From the NCBI GenBank assembly GCA_963768855.1, contig CAVYJM010000021.1:47710-111709 (forward strand): a stretch of 64,000 bases of DNA. Direction: 5' to 3'. The notes below the pieces were generated by a model. That model worked only from the letters and a program-made list of their open reading frames with translations. It was not told the DNA's origin and made no database searches. Position 1 is the first letter of the stretch. Every line of letters begins with the position of its first letter. Made by a program: the position numbers and the translations under genes. Of this stretch, positions 37,126 through 45,704 are shown piece after piece. The stretch comes from an uncultured Thermoplasmata archaeon. Its GTDB lineage: Archaea; Thermoplasmatota; Thermoplasmata; RBG-16-68-12.

Positions 37126-38189
37126 GGTTCGCCTCCCGGGTTCTTGGGCGGAAGCTCCCCGACGGGCCCCGCGCCGCTTGAGGTCTTCGCTGGTCCTTCC
37201 GTCCGCTTGCGTCGTCGGAGCAGGAGTAGGACGAGAAGCACCGCGACAATGGCGATCGGGAGGGCGAGAAGGATCGTGTCGAGCAGGGAGGCGCCCGTGG
37301 GAGCGGGATAGGTGTAGGACTTGAGCCGCATCTCCGCAACAGGAGTGCCGTTCACGTACGCAACGCGCCGCACGTAGGAGCCGACGTCGTTCGAGAACCA
37401 GGCGGTCTCGTTCGCTCCGCTCGCGGTCGCCACGCCCGCGAACCCGGGGAACGCCCCGAGGCTCTCGTTGAGGCGGTACGCGCTGAATGTCCCCGCCTCC
37501 ACGGTGACGTTCTCCACGCCTAGGACCTGGCGCATCCACGATCCCACGGCCACGCCGGAGGTCACGTTGTGCTGGGAGAACCCGAAGGAGGAGACGCTCG
37601 TGGCCAGCTGGACGTCCGAGGTGAAGGGCGCGGACGCCGAGTCGCCGACGCTCAGGTTGAACGGCGGGATCGACGTGTAGGCCGTCGTCGCGTTGAGCCA
37701 CATGCTCGCAGTGACCTTGGCCGTGATCACGAACGTCACGTCGATCCGGTAGGCCGTCGAGCTGTTCGAGGCGACGGGCAGGTAGCTCTGCCCCTCCCAC
37801 ACCTCGGACGCGTCCGAGGAGAAGGTGCCCGAGACGCCAATCGTGGCGTTGCCGGGGATCTGGAAGGTTCCGTTGAGGAAGCCGGACGAATGGGTCTCCG
37901 CCTGCACCCCGCCGGCCAGATTCGATGCCGGTCCCGTGATGTCCACCTCGACGATCCCGGTCAGGTCGAGACCGAAGAAGCCCCCCTGGCTCGCGTTCAT
38001 CCCCGGGAGGCCCTCGAGCGAACCCTGGACCACGTAGACCCAGCGATCGCCCGTGGTATACGCGGGCTTCGCGAGGGCGGCCCGAGCGGGCCTGGTGCTC
38101 GCGAAGAGGATCGCGAGTGCGATGAGGAGTGCGAAGACGACGGCACTCGCGCGGGCGGGGCGGATTTGGATCGACCTCGGCGCGGCCAT
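37122..38189 (-). CDS. Exported beta-rich protein with C-terminal membrane anchor, first gene of the ABC operon
   Basis: Signal peptide ending ARA/ALA, P.YTTGDRWVY, TVEAGTFSAY, WFSNDVGSYVR, C-terminal TM followed by RRRKR. Confidence 0.75.
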   Translation of the reverse strand: MAAPRSIQIRPARASAVVFALLIALAILFASTRPARAALAKPAYTTGDRWVYVVQGSLEGLPGMNASQGGFFGLDLTGIVEVDITGPASNLAGGVQAETHSSGFLNGTFQIPGNATIGVSGTFSSDASEVWEGQSYLPVASNSSTAYRIDVTFVITAKVTASMWLNATTAYTSIPPFNLSVGDSASAPFTSDVQLATSVSSFGFSQHNVTSGVAVGSWMRQVLGVENVTVEAGTFSAYRLNESLGAFPGFAGVATASGANETAWFSNDVGSYVRRVAYVNGTPVAEMRLKSYTYPAPTGASLLDTILLALPIAIVAVLLVLLLLRRRKRTEGPAKTSSGAGPVGELPPKNPGGEP

Positions 38190-38232
38190 GGCCACGCGGG
38201 AGAAAACGCTTTCCCAGGAAACCCCAGCGCGA

Positions 38233-39096
38233 TCAGGCTCCAGACAGCAAGAGGATCCCGAGCCCGAAGGCGACCAGAGCGGCCGCGATCCGCCAGTCGA
38301 GCTTCTCCTTGAGGAAAGCAGCCGCGCCGAGCGTGGCGATGATGGGATACGTGCCGGAAATGGGCGCGACGAGCGCTGCGGGCCCGAGGTCATACGCGAT
38401 CGTGAGGGCGACCGCGCTTAGCCCGCCTGCAAGGAACACGAAGAGGCCGAGCTGCCAGGTCTTCCGTGACGGCGGATCTCCAGGGACTCCGTGGCGCCTT
38501 CGAAGGACCGCATACGCGAGCGTGACGCCCAGGTACCCGGACGCGAGGAGCAGATCGAGGTTGCCCTCGCCGAGCGCGTCCACACTTGACTTAACGAGGA
38601 AGCCCCAGATTCCCCAAACGAAGAACCCGGCGAGGCTCAGGAGGACCGCCGCCCGACGGGAGGCGTCCCGGCGCTTCGGCTCGTACGCCAGGATGAGGAT
38701 GCAGAACATGATCAGGGCGACCCCGAGGATCTGGAAGAGCCCGAGGGTCTCGCCCAGGAAGGCGACGCTCAGGACGACCGTCAGCATGGGGCAGGCTGCG
38801 GAGATTGTGCCGACGAGGCCCACGCTCCCCACGCGCATCCCTTCGTAGAAGAAGAGGTAGCCGATCGCGCCCAGGGTGCCTGCGGAGACCGCGGCGGCCG
38901 CGAGGAGCGGGTCCGCGGGGATCGGACTGTGCGGGAGGAGGAGCCCGACGAGGCCGAAGGCCACGCCCTCGATCAGCGTCGTGCCGAGCCCCATCGTCCG
39001 CGGGCCAAGGCGGTCCGTGCTGGGTTTCGCGGCGAGCGTGCCCAGTCCCCAGATCACGGTGCCCCCGAGGACCCACGCGAGCCACTCCAGCGCCAT
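38233..39096 (-). CDS. EamA/DMT-family transporter
   Basis: Ten-TM pattern, GSVGLVGTISAACP, GPAALVAPI...LKEKL. Confidence 0.9.
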   Translation of the reverse strand: MALEWLAWVLGGTVIWGLGTLAAKPSTDRLGPRTMGLGTTLIEGVAFGLVGLLLPHSPIPADPLLAAAAVSAGTLGAIGYLFFYEGMRVGSVGLVGTISAACPMLTVVLSVAFLGETLGLFQILGVALIMFCILILAYEPKRRDASRRAAVLLSLAGFFVWGIWGFLVKSSVDALGEGNLDLLLASGYLGVTLAYAVLRRRHGVPGDPPSRKTWQLGLFVFLAGGLSAVALTIAYDLGPAALVAPISGTYPIIATLGAAAFLKEKLDWRIAAALVAFGLGILLLSGA

Positions 39097-39185
39097 TTCG
39101 CGCCGGGAGGGGGGCGCGGGTCATGAGGTTTGCCGTGAGGACGTGAGCCCCGGGGCTGCCGCGTTCGACCCGTTGCCGCGACGAA

Positions 39186-39665
39186 TCACACGGTGGTGAG
39201 CGCGTGCCCGCACCGGACGCACAGTCCGGTCCCTACCGTGGCGGGTGCGGCACACTCGGGGCAGCGCCATCGCGCGTCCTGCTCCCGCAGCCAAGCCGTG
39301 ACCCCGGCCTCATGGAGGCGGAGTGCGTCCCGGCACAGCGCGGGCAGGTACGGAGTCGATCGCAGCGCCTGACGGATCGCATCGCACGGGTAGTCCGCGC
39401 AGTCGGGGCAGAAGGCGACGCCGCGTCCTCGGGCGCACTGCTTAATCCCGCAGTCCCCGCCCAGGCAGAATGCCGCCGGGGTGCGGCAGCCCGTGCACAT
39501 CAGCCGTTCCACGGAGGTGCCCAGCTGGGCGGCGAGGGCCTCGAGGCGGGCCATGTCCCGGGAGGTCCACGCGCGGTACACTGGACAGGCACCGCAGTAC
39601 GCGCCGCAAACCGCGGCGAGGCTCGCGTCCAGCTCGCGGTCGTCGGGAACCATTCGGAGGGCCAT
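39186..39665 (-). CDS. DUF3795-like Cys-rich (Fe-S/Zn) protein
   Basis: CGAYCGACP, CTGCR, C..CGIKQCA, FCPDCADYPC, C-terminal CPEC...CVRCG. Confidence 0.75.
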   Translation of the reverse strand: MALRMVPDDRELDASLAAVCGAYCGACPVYRAWTSRDMARLEALAAQLGTSVERLMCTGCRTPAAFCLGGDCGIKQCARGRGVAFCPDCADYPCDAIRQALRSTPYLPALCRDALRLHEAGVTAWLREQDARWRCPECAAPATVGTGLCVRCGHALTTV

Positions 39666-39782
39666 GGGACTCGCATCCGTGGGTGGGTGTATGGTCCCTG
39701 CCTAAGGATTGTCGATACTCGCTCCACGGCGGCATCCGGGAGTGAGGTGCTTTATTGGGGTCCTGGGCGTTGGGGTTCCCAC

Positions 39783-40853
39783 GTGCGAGTGGGGTTTGTC
39801 ATCGCCCTGGGGATGCTTCTAACCCTTGGGGCCTTCGCCGGCATGTCAGCGCCGGCATCCGCGTGGGAGGTCGATCGAACCGATACGGTCACTCGGGTCA
39901 TCGACGGAGACACGTTCAACTGCTCGCTGCCCACGGGGGTCCGGCTCGCGGACATCGATGCGCCGGAGTACTATGAAGCCGGATACCAGGAGGCCAAGGA
40001 CTACCTCACCGGGTTGATCGCCGGCCAGGCCGTGTACCTGGACATCGACGACGTCTATGGCACGGACATATACGGCCGGTGGGTCGCCGTGGTCTACGTG
40101 CGGCACAACTCGACGCACCTCCTGAACGTGAACCAGGCGATGCTCGACGCCGGCCATGCAGTCATCTGGGACTTCCTGAATGAATTCAACCCGGCCACAT
40201 GGCCCCGGTATGCGTTCTACCCCATCGACGCCCCCGCGCCGACGGTCACGGCAACCGCGGATGTGACGGAGGGATTCGCCCCCTTGACCGTGGCCTTCAC
40301 ATCGACGGCCTCCGGAGGCATCCCGCCCTACACCTACGTCTGGACCTTCGACGACGGAGGGACGAGCTCCGCTCCAAGTCCTTCCCACTCGTTCCTGATC
40401 AGCGGGACGTTCTCCGTCGTGCTCACCGTTTCGGATTCCGCCCAGCGGTCCGGGTCGCACAGCATACTCGTCACGGTCCATGCCCCCGTGAGCGTCGCCT
40501 CCTCCGCGTATCCGATCCGTGGGGTCGCCCCGCTGACGGTGTCGTTCACCGCCACGGCGGCCGATGGCAGCCCGCCGTACACGTATCGATGGGCGTTCGG
40601 GGACGGAAACACGAGCACGAATCCGAAGCCTTCGCACACGTACACCGTCCCGGGGACCTACACGGCGACCGTGACCGTCACGGATTCCGAGAACCACACG
40701 GACACGGAATCGCTCCAGGTCACGGCCTCCGCGCCACCCCCGACCCCGACCAGTGTTCCCGCGGAGGCGATTGGAGCGGCTGCGGTGATCCTCATTGGAG
40801 TCGCAATCGTCGCGTACGTCCTCGTCCGGCGTAGTCGTCGCCACTCCAGGTAG
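39783..40853 (+). CDS. Surface-anchored thermonuclease (SNase) with two PKD domains
   Basis: Signal peptide; VIDGDTF, VRLADIDAPE, DIYGRW (SNase catalytic residues); two PKD repeats (APLTVxF...YxWxFxDG...PSHxY..PGTY..TVTVTDS); C-terminal TM + RRSRR. Confidence 0.9.
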   Translation: MRVGFVIALGMLLTLGAFAGMSAPASAWEVDRTDTVTRVIDGDTFNCSLPTGVRLADIDAPEYYEAGYQEAKDYLTGLIAGQAVYLDIDDVYGTDIYGRWVAVVYVRHNSTHLLNVNQAMLDAGHAVIWDFLNEFNPATWPRYAFYPIDAPAPTVTATADVTEGFAPLTVAFTSTASGGIPPYTYVWTFDDGGTSSAPSPSHSFLISGTFSVVLTVSDSAQRSGSHSILVTVHAPVSVASSAYPIRGVAPLTVSFTATAADGSPPYTYRWAFGDGNTSTNPKPSHTYTVPGTYTATVTVTDSENHTDTESLQVTASAPPPTPTSVPAEAIGAAAVILIGVAIVAYVLVRRSRRHSR

Positions 40854-40859
40854 GTTCCG

Positions 40860-41333
40860 CTACGGCGAGGTCTTCGGTCGCATCCGTTCGGGCATCTCCA
40901 CCGCGAGGATCTCGCCCTTCACGGTCACCTCTCCTGCGGCGAGGATGCGGGCTTCCACGGCGACCTTCCTCCCCTCGATCGACGTGGCCCGCCCGCGGAC
41001 CTCGAGCTCGATCCCCAGCGGAGTGGGCTTGAGGTACTCCACCCGGAGGGAGGCCGTCACGAAGCGATGGGCCGGGAGGGTGTCGGGTTCGCGGTCCTCC
41101 GCGCGGTACGCCGCGGCGGCCGCGGTGCCCGTGCCGTGGCAGTCCAGCAAGGAGGCCAGGAGCCCTCCGTTCACGTATCCGGGGATCGCGATGTGCCACG
41201 CCTGCGGCGTGTACCGCGTGACCGTCTCGTCCCCGTCCCAGGAGGTCCGCAGGTGGAGGCCGTGGTCGTTTAGGCGGCCGCAGCCGTAGCAGTGGGCAAT
41301 CTCGTCCGGGTAGAAATCCTGGATCGCGGACAT
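40860..41333 (-). CDS. PaaI-family hotdog thioesterase
   Basis: HCYGCGRLNDHGL, GYVNGGLLASLLDCH, VTASLRVEYLKPTP. Confidence 0.88.
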   Translation of the reverse strand: MSAIQDFYPDEIAHCYGCGRLNDHGLHLRTSWDGDETVTRYTPQAWHIAIPGYVNGGLLASLLDCHGTGTAAAAAYRAEDREPDTLPAHRFVTASLRVEYLKPTPLGIELEVRGRATSIEGRKVAVEARILAAGEVTVKGEILAVEMPERMRPKTSP

Positions 41334-41437
41334 GGGAACCGCCCGCGGGATGACGCACCCGACGCATGAGCGTTGCCCACGACGGGTGCGCAACGGTTAT
41401 CCTCCGGCCACCGCATCGTGGTGCCTCAGGGAGCCGC

Positions 41438-41602
41438 ATGCCGATCAACGTGACTTGGCACCGGGCCCACCCGATGCCGAAGAACTCCACCGTGGACGAG
41501 CGCATCCGGTGGCACGAGGATCACGCGGTGGAGTGCGGATGCCGGCCGATTCCCGAGGGGCTCAAGAAGGAGATCACAAAGAGGGCGAGGGCGGGCCGCT
41601 GA
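41438..41602 (+). CDS. 54-aa His/Cys-rich small protein
   Basis: MPINVTWHRAHPMPKNSTVDERIRWHEDHAVECGCRPIP; resembles a conserved small hypothetical family. Confidence 0.65.
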   Translation: MPINVTWHRAHPMPKNSTVDERIRWHEDHAVECGCRPIPEGLKKEITKRARAGR

Positions 41603-41794
41603 ACGGCGAACCGCCCCGTGGCCGCGCGGCGGATGCCGCAGGTCTACGTCCAAACGAGCGTCGGGACGGCCGGTGGGTTCGGATGAGCGCTGCCCGTAAC
41701 TCGAAATCGCGTTCCCGCCCCAGGGACCGGACTCACCGGACGAAAGACCGCAAAGGCTTCCCACTCCCGCACCCTTTCCCTCTGGGGATCCCGC

Positions 41795-42292
41795 TTGGCC
41801 GCAATCACCGATCCGCTGATTCAAGTCCTGGGCCTCGTCGTCTCGTTCGTCGGGACGTTTGCCGCCGCCGCGGTGGGAATCCGCTCGACGATGGCTTCCG
41901 TGAACACGTGGTACGTGCAACTGCGGAAGCCCAGCTGGGTCCCATCGGGTCGAACGATCGGCCTCGTCTGGACGGTCCTCTACGTGCTCATGGCCGTGTC
42001 CGCCTGGCTCGTGTGGCGAGAGCGGGGGCTCGATGCGTCGATCCCGCTCGCCCTGTTCGCGGTCCAGCTCGTCCTCAACTCGCTCTGGTCCATCTTGTTC
42101 TTCGGTCGTCGGGACCCGAGGTCCGCCCTCCTGGAAATCTGGGTTCTATGGGTCGCGATCCTGGCCACCTTGGTCTCGTTCTGGACCGCGACACCCCTCG
42201 CGGGCCTCCTGCTCGTGCCCTACCTGGCCTGGGTCACGTTCGCGGGGAACCTGAACCGGATCGTGGTGCGGATGAATCCGGGGACCGCGTGA
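41795..42292 (+). CDS. tspO: TspO/MBR tryptophan-rich sensory protein
   Basis: WYVQLRKPSWVP...VWTVLYVLMAVSAW...QLVLNSLWS.LFFG...LLVPYLAWV.FA..LN. Confidence 0.92.
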   Translation: MAAITDPLIQVLGLVVSFVGTFAAAAVGIRSTMASVNTWYVQLRKPSWVPSGRTIGLVWTVLYVLMAVSAWLVWRERGLDASIPLALFAVQLVLNSLWSILFFGRRDPRSALLEIWVLWVAILATLVSFWTATPLAGLLLVPYLAWVTFAGNLNRIVVRMNPGTA

Positions 42293-42350
42293 GGGCACAT
42301 CCGGGGCGGACGGGGTCCCCCGGCGCCTGTTTTCCGGCGACCGGTGCGGC

Positions 42351-42650
42351 CTACTTGTCGAACGTGACGACGTTGACCGTGGCATGCGGCTGGCCGGGGT
42401 AGTACGAGACCCGCACGAATCGCCGCCCCACGAGGAGGGCGAGTTGCACGAAGCCGTCGCTCCCGGTCTCCAGCTCCCCGATGGGTTCCAGTTCCTCGTC
42501 GACGACGTTCACGATCTTCTTCGTCGCGTCGACGGGGAACCATCCCGAGTAGGGATCGAGATGGAGGATCTTCTGGCGCAGGTCCTCAACCCGGATGTCC
42601 AGCGACTTGCGGGTCTTCGTGGCGGAGGACTTCTTCTTGGTCTCGCTCAT
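42351..42650 (-). CDS. Hypothetical protein (~99 aa)
   Basis: Lys-rich N-terminus then a globular-looking region; no family recognised. Confidence 0.55.
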   Translation of the reverse strand: MSETKKKSSATKTRKSLDIRVEDLRQKILHLDPYSGWFPVDATKKIVNVVDEELEPIGELETGSDGFVQLALLVGRRFVRVSYYPGQPHATVNVVTFDK

Positions 42651-42794
42651 CTGTTGCCTGACGCGCTCGCGGTACATAGGCTTGAGGGCCTTGCCCGCGA
42701 GGAGGTGTCGGAAAGCCCAAGCTGGGTCTTTCGATTCCCGGTTCTGGGCCAGGGAACCGCGTGGGGCCGAGCAAGGGAGCCGGTCTCTCGTTCC

Positions 42795-43184
42795 TTACAT
42801 CCTGCCCATGTCCCTGGCGATCCTCTCCGAGTCCGTGTAAAGCCGGTGGCTCTTGACCTTGCCCTCGTGGAGCTCGAAGACGTTCAGCGCCTTCTGCTTC
42901 GTTTCCTTCCCGTTCGCCAGCTTCCCTTCTTGCGTCCACTCCACGAACACGAGGTCCCCCGTCTCGTGGAGGTTCTCCACGTTCAGGCGCAGCCCTTCGG
43001 GCCAGGTCGTCCCGATCTTCTGCATCCATTCCTGGACGCCCTCTCGTCCCCGGAATGTGCCGCCCGCGATGGTCCCGCTTGATTCGATGTCGGCCGCGGG
43101 GTCGTACAGTTCCAGGACCGCGGGGATGTTCCGCCGGTTGAAGTGCTCGATGCCTTCCTTAATCCGCTCCGCGTTGTCTCCCAT
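42795..43184 (-). CDS. SnoaL/NTF2-like domain protein
   Basis: FNRRNIPAVLELYDPAA...FRGREGVQEW...GDLVFVEW...FELHEGKV...YTD. Confidence 0.85.
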   Translation of the reverse strand: MGDNAERIKEGIEHFNRRNIPAVLELYDPAADIESSGTIAGGTFRGREGVQEWMQKIGTTWPEGLRLNVENLHETGDLVFVEWTQEGKLANGKETKQKALNVFELHEGKVKSHRLYTDSERIARDMGRM

Positions 43185-43386
43185 TGTCTCACCCCCTCCG
43201 TGCAAGCCGGTGGTTCGAGAATTTGGCCAGGCGCCCTTTGTCGGCGCGATGATCAGGGCCCCGTACGACTACGCAAGAAATCCGAGTTCCCCGACCGTGT
43301 TACGCAATAGCATGCAAGGGTAAGAACCTGTCGACATCCCGCTTACCTCCGGCGAGGCCCCTGGAATCCTCCGGAGGAGCACGAAG

Positions 43387-43977
43387 CTAGGCATTGTGCC
43401 GCAGGACCTCGGTGGCCACGCCGTCCAGGCAAAGCGGGGACATCTTTCCGACCGAATCCTCTTGCTTGCAGACGCGACTGAGGTCGCATTCAGGGCAGAA
43501 GCGGGCATGGAGGTCGTCCTCCGTGACGCCGAGGACGTCCGCGTCGTCGAAGAGCTCGTAGAGAAGCTTGAGGTACTTCCCCTCGGCGAGGCGGGGGACG
43601 TCGTACTTGGCCGCCTTGAGGCCGCCCTTGGCCGTCGTGTAGTATTCGTAGAGGCGCCGCGGCCCCTTCGAGGCGTTGCAGGACCGGCAGACCCAGGCCG
43701 CGTTCTTCTCGTCCTGAGGACCGTGGAACGCCTTGGGCATGAGGTGATCTAGGGTCAGGTCCCCTGCGCGACCGCAGTAGAGGCAGCGGTGGAAGTCGTT
43801 GTGCTCCTTCACGTACTCCCGGATCGAGTCCCAGGCAATCTCCCCGGACTGGAGCTTCTTGAAGCGCTCCATGACGAAGGCCCACTGCTTCTTGCCGACG
43901 CCCGCGGAGTCGGCGATGATCTTGGCGTACTGCCAGTACATCAGGTCGCGGAGATCGCGGATCGCGGCGGGCGGCAT
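43387..43977 (-). CDS. Stand-alone HNH endonuclease
   Basis: CLYCG...LTLDHLMP...NAAWVCRSCNASKG (Zn-coordinated HNH); extra C-terminal Cys cluster. Confidence 0.85.
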   Translation of the reverse strand: MPPAAIRDLRDLMYWQYAKIIADSAGVGKKQWAFVMERFKKLQSGEIAWDSIREYVKEHNDFHRCLYCGRAGDLTLDHLMPKAFHGPQDEKNAAWVCRSCNASKGPRRLYEYYTTAKGGLKAAKYDVPRLAEGKYLKLLYELFDDADVLGVTEDDLHARFCPECDLSRVCKQEDSVGKMSPLCLDGVATEVLRHNA

Positions 43978-44242
43978 GCAGTTTCCCCGATGCGCGAGAC
44001 GAGGACGAGCGGCTATGAAGGCTCGGTACGCATTGTGACCACGTTTTGATGGTCCAGGCCGAGGGGTCGCGAGTTAGGATGACTACACCTCAGAGGCCTT
44101 TCACACCGAAGCTTGCGTCCCGTGGGGCTCAGGAAGTTACTTCTTTCCGAAGTCATTAGCCGCTCGCGAGAGCGGCAGGAACAGGACGCGGTGAGCCGTG
44201 AGGAAACGCCGAGCCGGTCGGTCGGACGCGAGGGGTCAGGGG

Positions 44243-45373
44243 ATGAAGGTGCGCAAGCCGCGACTGAACGACACGGCGTTCTTGGGCATCTGCTATCCGT
44301 CGAAGAGGCTCCTCCTGAATGAGAAACGCCTGTTCATGCCCGCGTCCACGACGAAGCTCTACACGTCCTGGCTCGCGTGCGAGTCCCTGGGCGAGGACTT
44401 CGTCTTCCACTCCGAGTACTCGGTTCAGGGCAGGACACTCTACCTGAGCCCCCGGGCCAACCCCCTGCTCTCCGAGGAGTCCTTCCGTGATCTCCTGCAG
44501 GATGTCGGAGGCCACCGGATCGAGGAGGTCGTCTTCGCCCCGCATTTCCCCCATGCCCCTCGCTATCCGTCCACGTGGGCGATCGGGGATGTGCGGGAAG
44601 CGTGGGGTGCACCCATTTCCGACGTCTGCTTCCGGGAGAACTTCATCACGGTCGACGGATCGAAGGATTGCGCGGTCACGCCGTCGAGCACGTACTACGT
44701 TCTCCGGAAGGTGCGGGGGCTCAAACGCCCCTTCGTCCGAGGCCGGGTGGTCTCGGTCCCGACGGGATACACGGGGACCTTCGAGTTCCCCATACGCAAC
44801 CCTGAGGACTTCCTCGCCTACTGGTTGGGAGAACGGATGGGTGGACGCCCCCTGAAAAACCGGAGCGGGAACTTGCGCGGGCCCGCGACGGCCTTCGCCC
44901 ATGTGCCGCTGAGGGACGTGCTGCGGACGATGAACAAGCGGTCCGTCAACATCCTCGCCGAGCTCCTCCTCCGCCATGCCTCGTCCGCGCGAAGCATCCC
45001 GCTCGACGACCAGCAGCCCCAGGCCGCGTTCACGCACGCGCTCCACCCCATCCACGTGGACGACGCCCTCCTGTACGACGGCTCGGGCGTCTCCCGGTAC
45101 AACCTCGTCTCGCCCGCGGGAACCGTGCGGCTCCTGGAGGCTTCGAAGAAATATCCCTCCATTCTGGACTCGCTGCCCATTGGCGGCCGGGATGGCACAC
45201 TCGCGGACCGGAAGCTTCCTCGGAGGATCCGTGCGAAGACCGGCTCCCTCACCGGGGTCCAAGCTCTCGCAGGCTACGATGGCGACGAGCCCTTCTCCAT
45301 CGTGATTAACCACGGCCCTCCCGACGAGCGGGTCATGGTGCAAGCCATCGACCGGATCGTTCGAGGTCACTGA
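44243..45373 (+). CDS. dacB: D-Ala-D-Ala carboxypeptidase/endopeptidase, peptidase S13 (DacB/PBP4-like), no signal peptide
   Basis: All three penicillin-binding motifs: PASTTK (SxxK), KRSVN (SxN), AKTGSL (KTG); also DGSGVSRYN and SLPIGGRDGTL. Confidence 0.88.
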   Translation: MKVRKPRLNDTAFLGICYPSKRLLLNEKRLFMPASTTKLYTSWLACESLGEDFVFHSEYSVQGRTLYLSPRANPLLSEESFRDLLQDVGGHRIEEVVFAPHFPHAPRYPSTWAIGDVREAWGAPISDVCFRENFITVDGSKDCAVTPSSTYYVLRKVRGLKRPFVRGRVVSVPTGYTGTFEFPIRNPEDFLAYWLGERMGGRPLKNRSGNLRGPATAFAHVPLRDVLRTMNKRSVNILAELLLRHASSARSIPLDDQQPQAAFTHALHPIHVDDALLYDGSGVSRYNLVSPAGTVRLLEASKKYPSILDSLPIGGRDGTLADRKLPRRIRAKTGSLTGVQALAGYDGDEPFSIVINHGPPDERVMVQAIDRIVRGH

Positions 45374-45386
45374 ACCGGTTCTGCGG

Positions 45387-45704
45387 CTACGCCCGCCTCT
45401 GCTGCGGTGCCTTCATCCTGCGGTAGAGGATGGACTCCGCGGCGAGGGCCGGCACGAGCAGGACGACGAACACGATCCACGAGAAGCCGCCCTCGACCAC
45501 CGAGGCGACCCACGGGAGGAGGATGCCGTCCGCGAGGACGCACGCAGACAGGTAGAGCGATTGCAGCGTCAGGGTCGACAGAGGCTCCTCGGCCAGGCTC
45601 ACCAGGCGCTCGCGCCTCCAGCGGCTGTATCGCCGCATGAGGCCATCGAGGCCCCCGGCCTCGGTTTCCGAGGCCGCGCGGTCCGAGGCTTCAGCCGTCC
45701 CCAC
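45387..45704 (-). CDS. Small 2-TM membrane protein at the end of the opp operon
   Basis: Strong SD GGAGGTGA-CCC-GTG overlapping the oppF 3' end; two hydrophobic segments. Confidence 0.6.
   Translation of the reverse strand: MGTAEASDRAASETEAGGLDGLMRRYSRWRRERLVSLAEEPLSTLTLQSLYLSACVLADGILLPWVASVVEGGFSWIVFVVLLVPALAAESILYRRMKAPQQRRA

Noticed and set aside
39783-40760. Tandem repeat or CRISPR-like array in the PKD region
   Set aside because: The similarity is a degenerate protein-domain duplication inside a CDS; no constant repeat-spacer pattern was seen anywhere in the window.
41603-41794. c-di-GMP-I-like riboswitch suggested by GACGAAAG/CGCAAAG
   Set aside because: The GGCAAA/P1 and CCTAA elements are not in the required order; a 42-aa minus-strand ORF here also lacks support.
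43387-43977. HNH as a homing endonuclease, intron or IS component
   Set aside because: No interrupted host gene, terminal inverted repeats, target duplication or transposase is visible.
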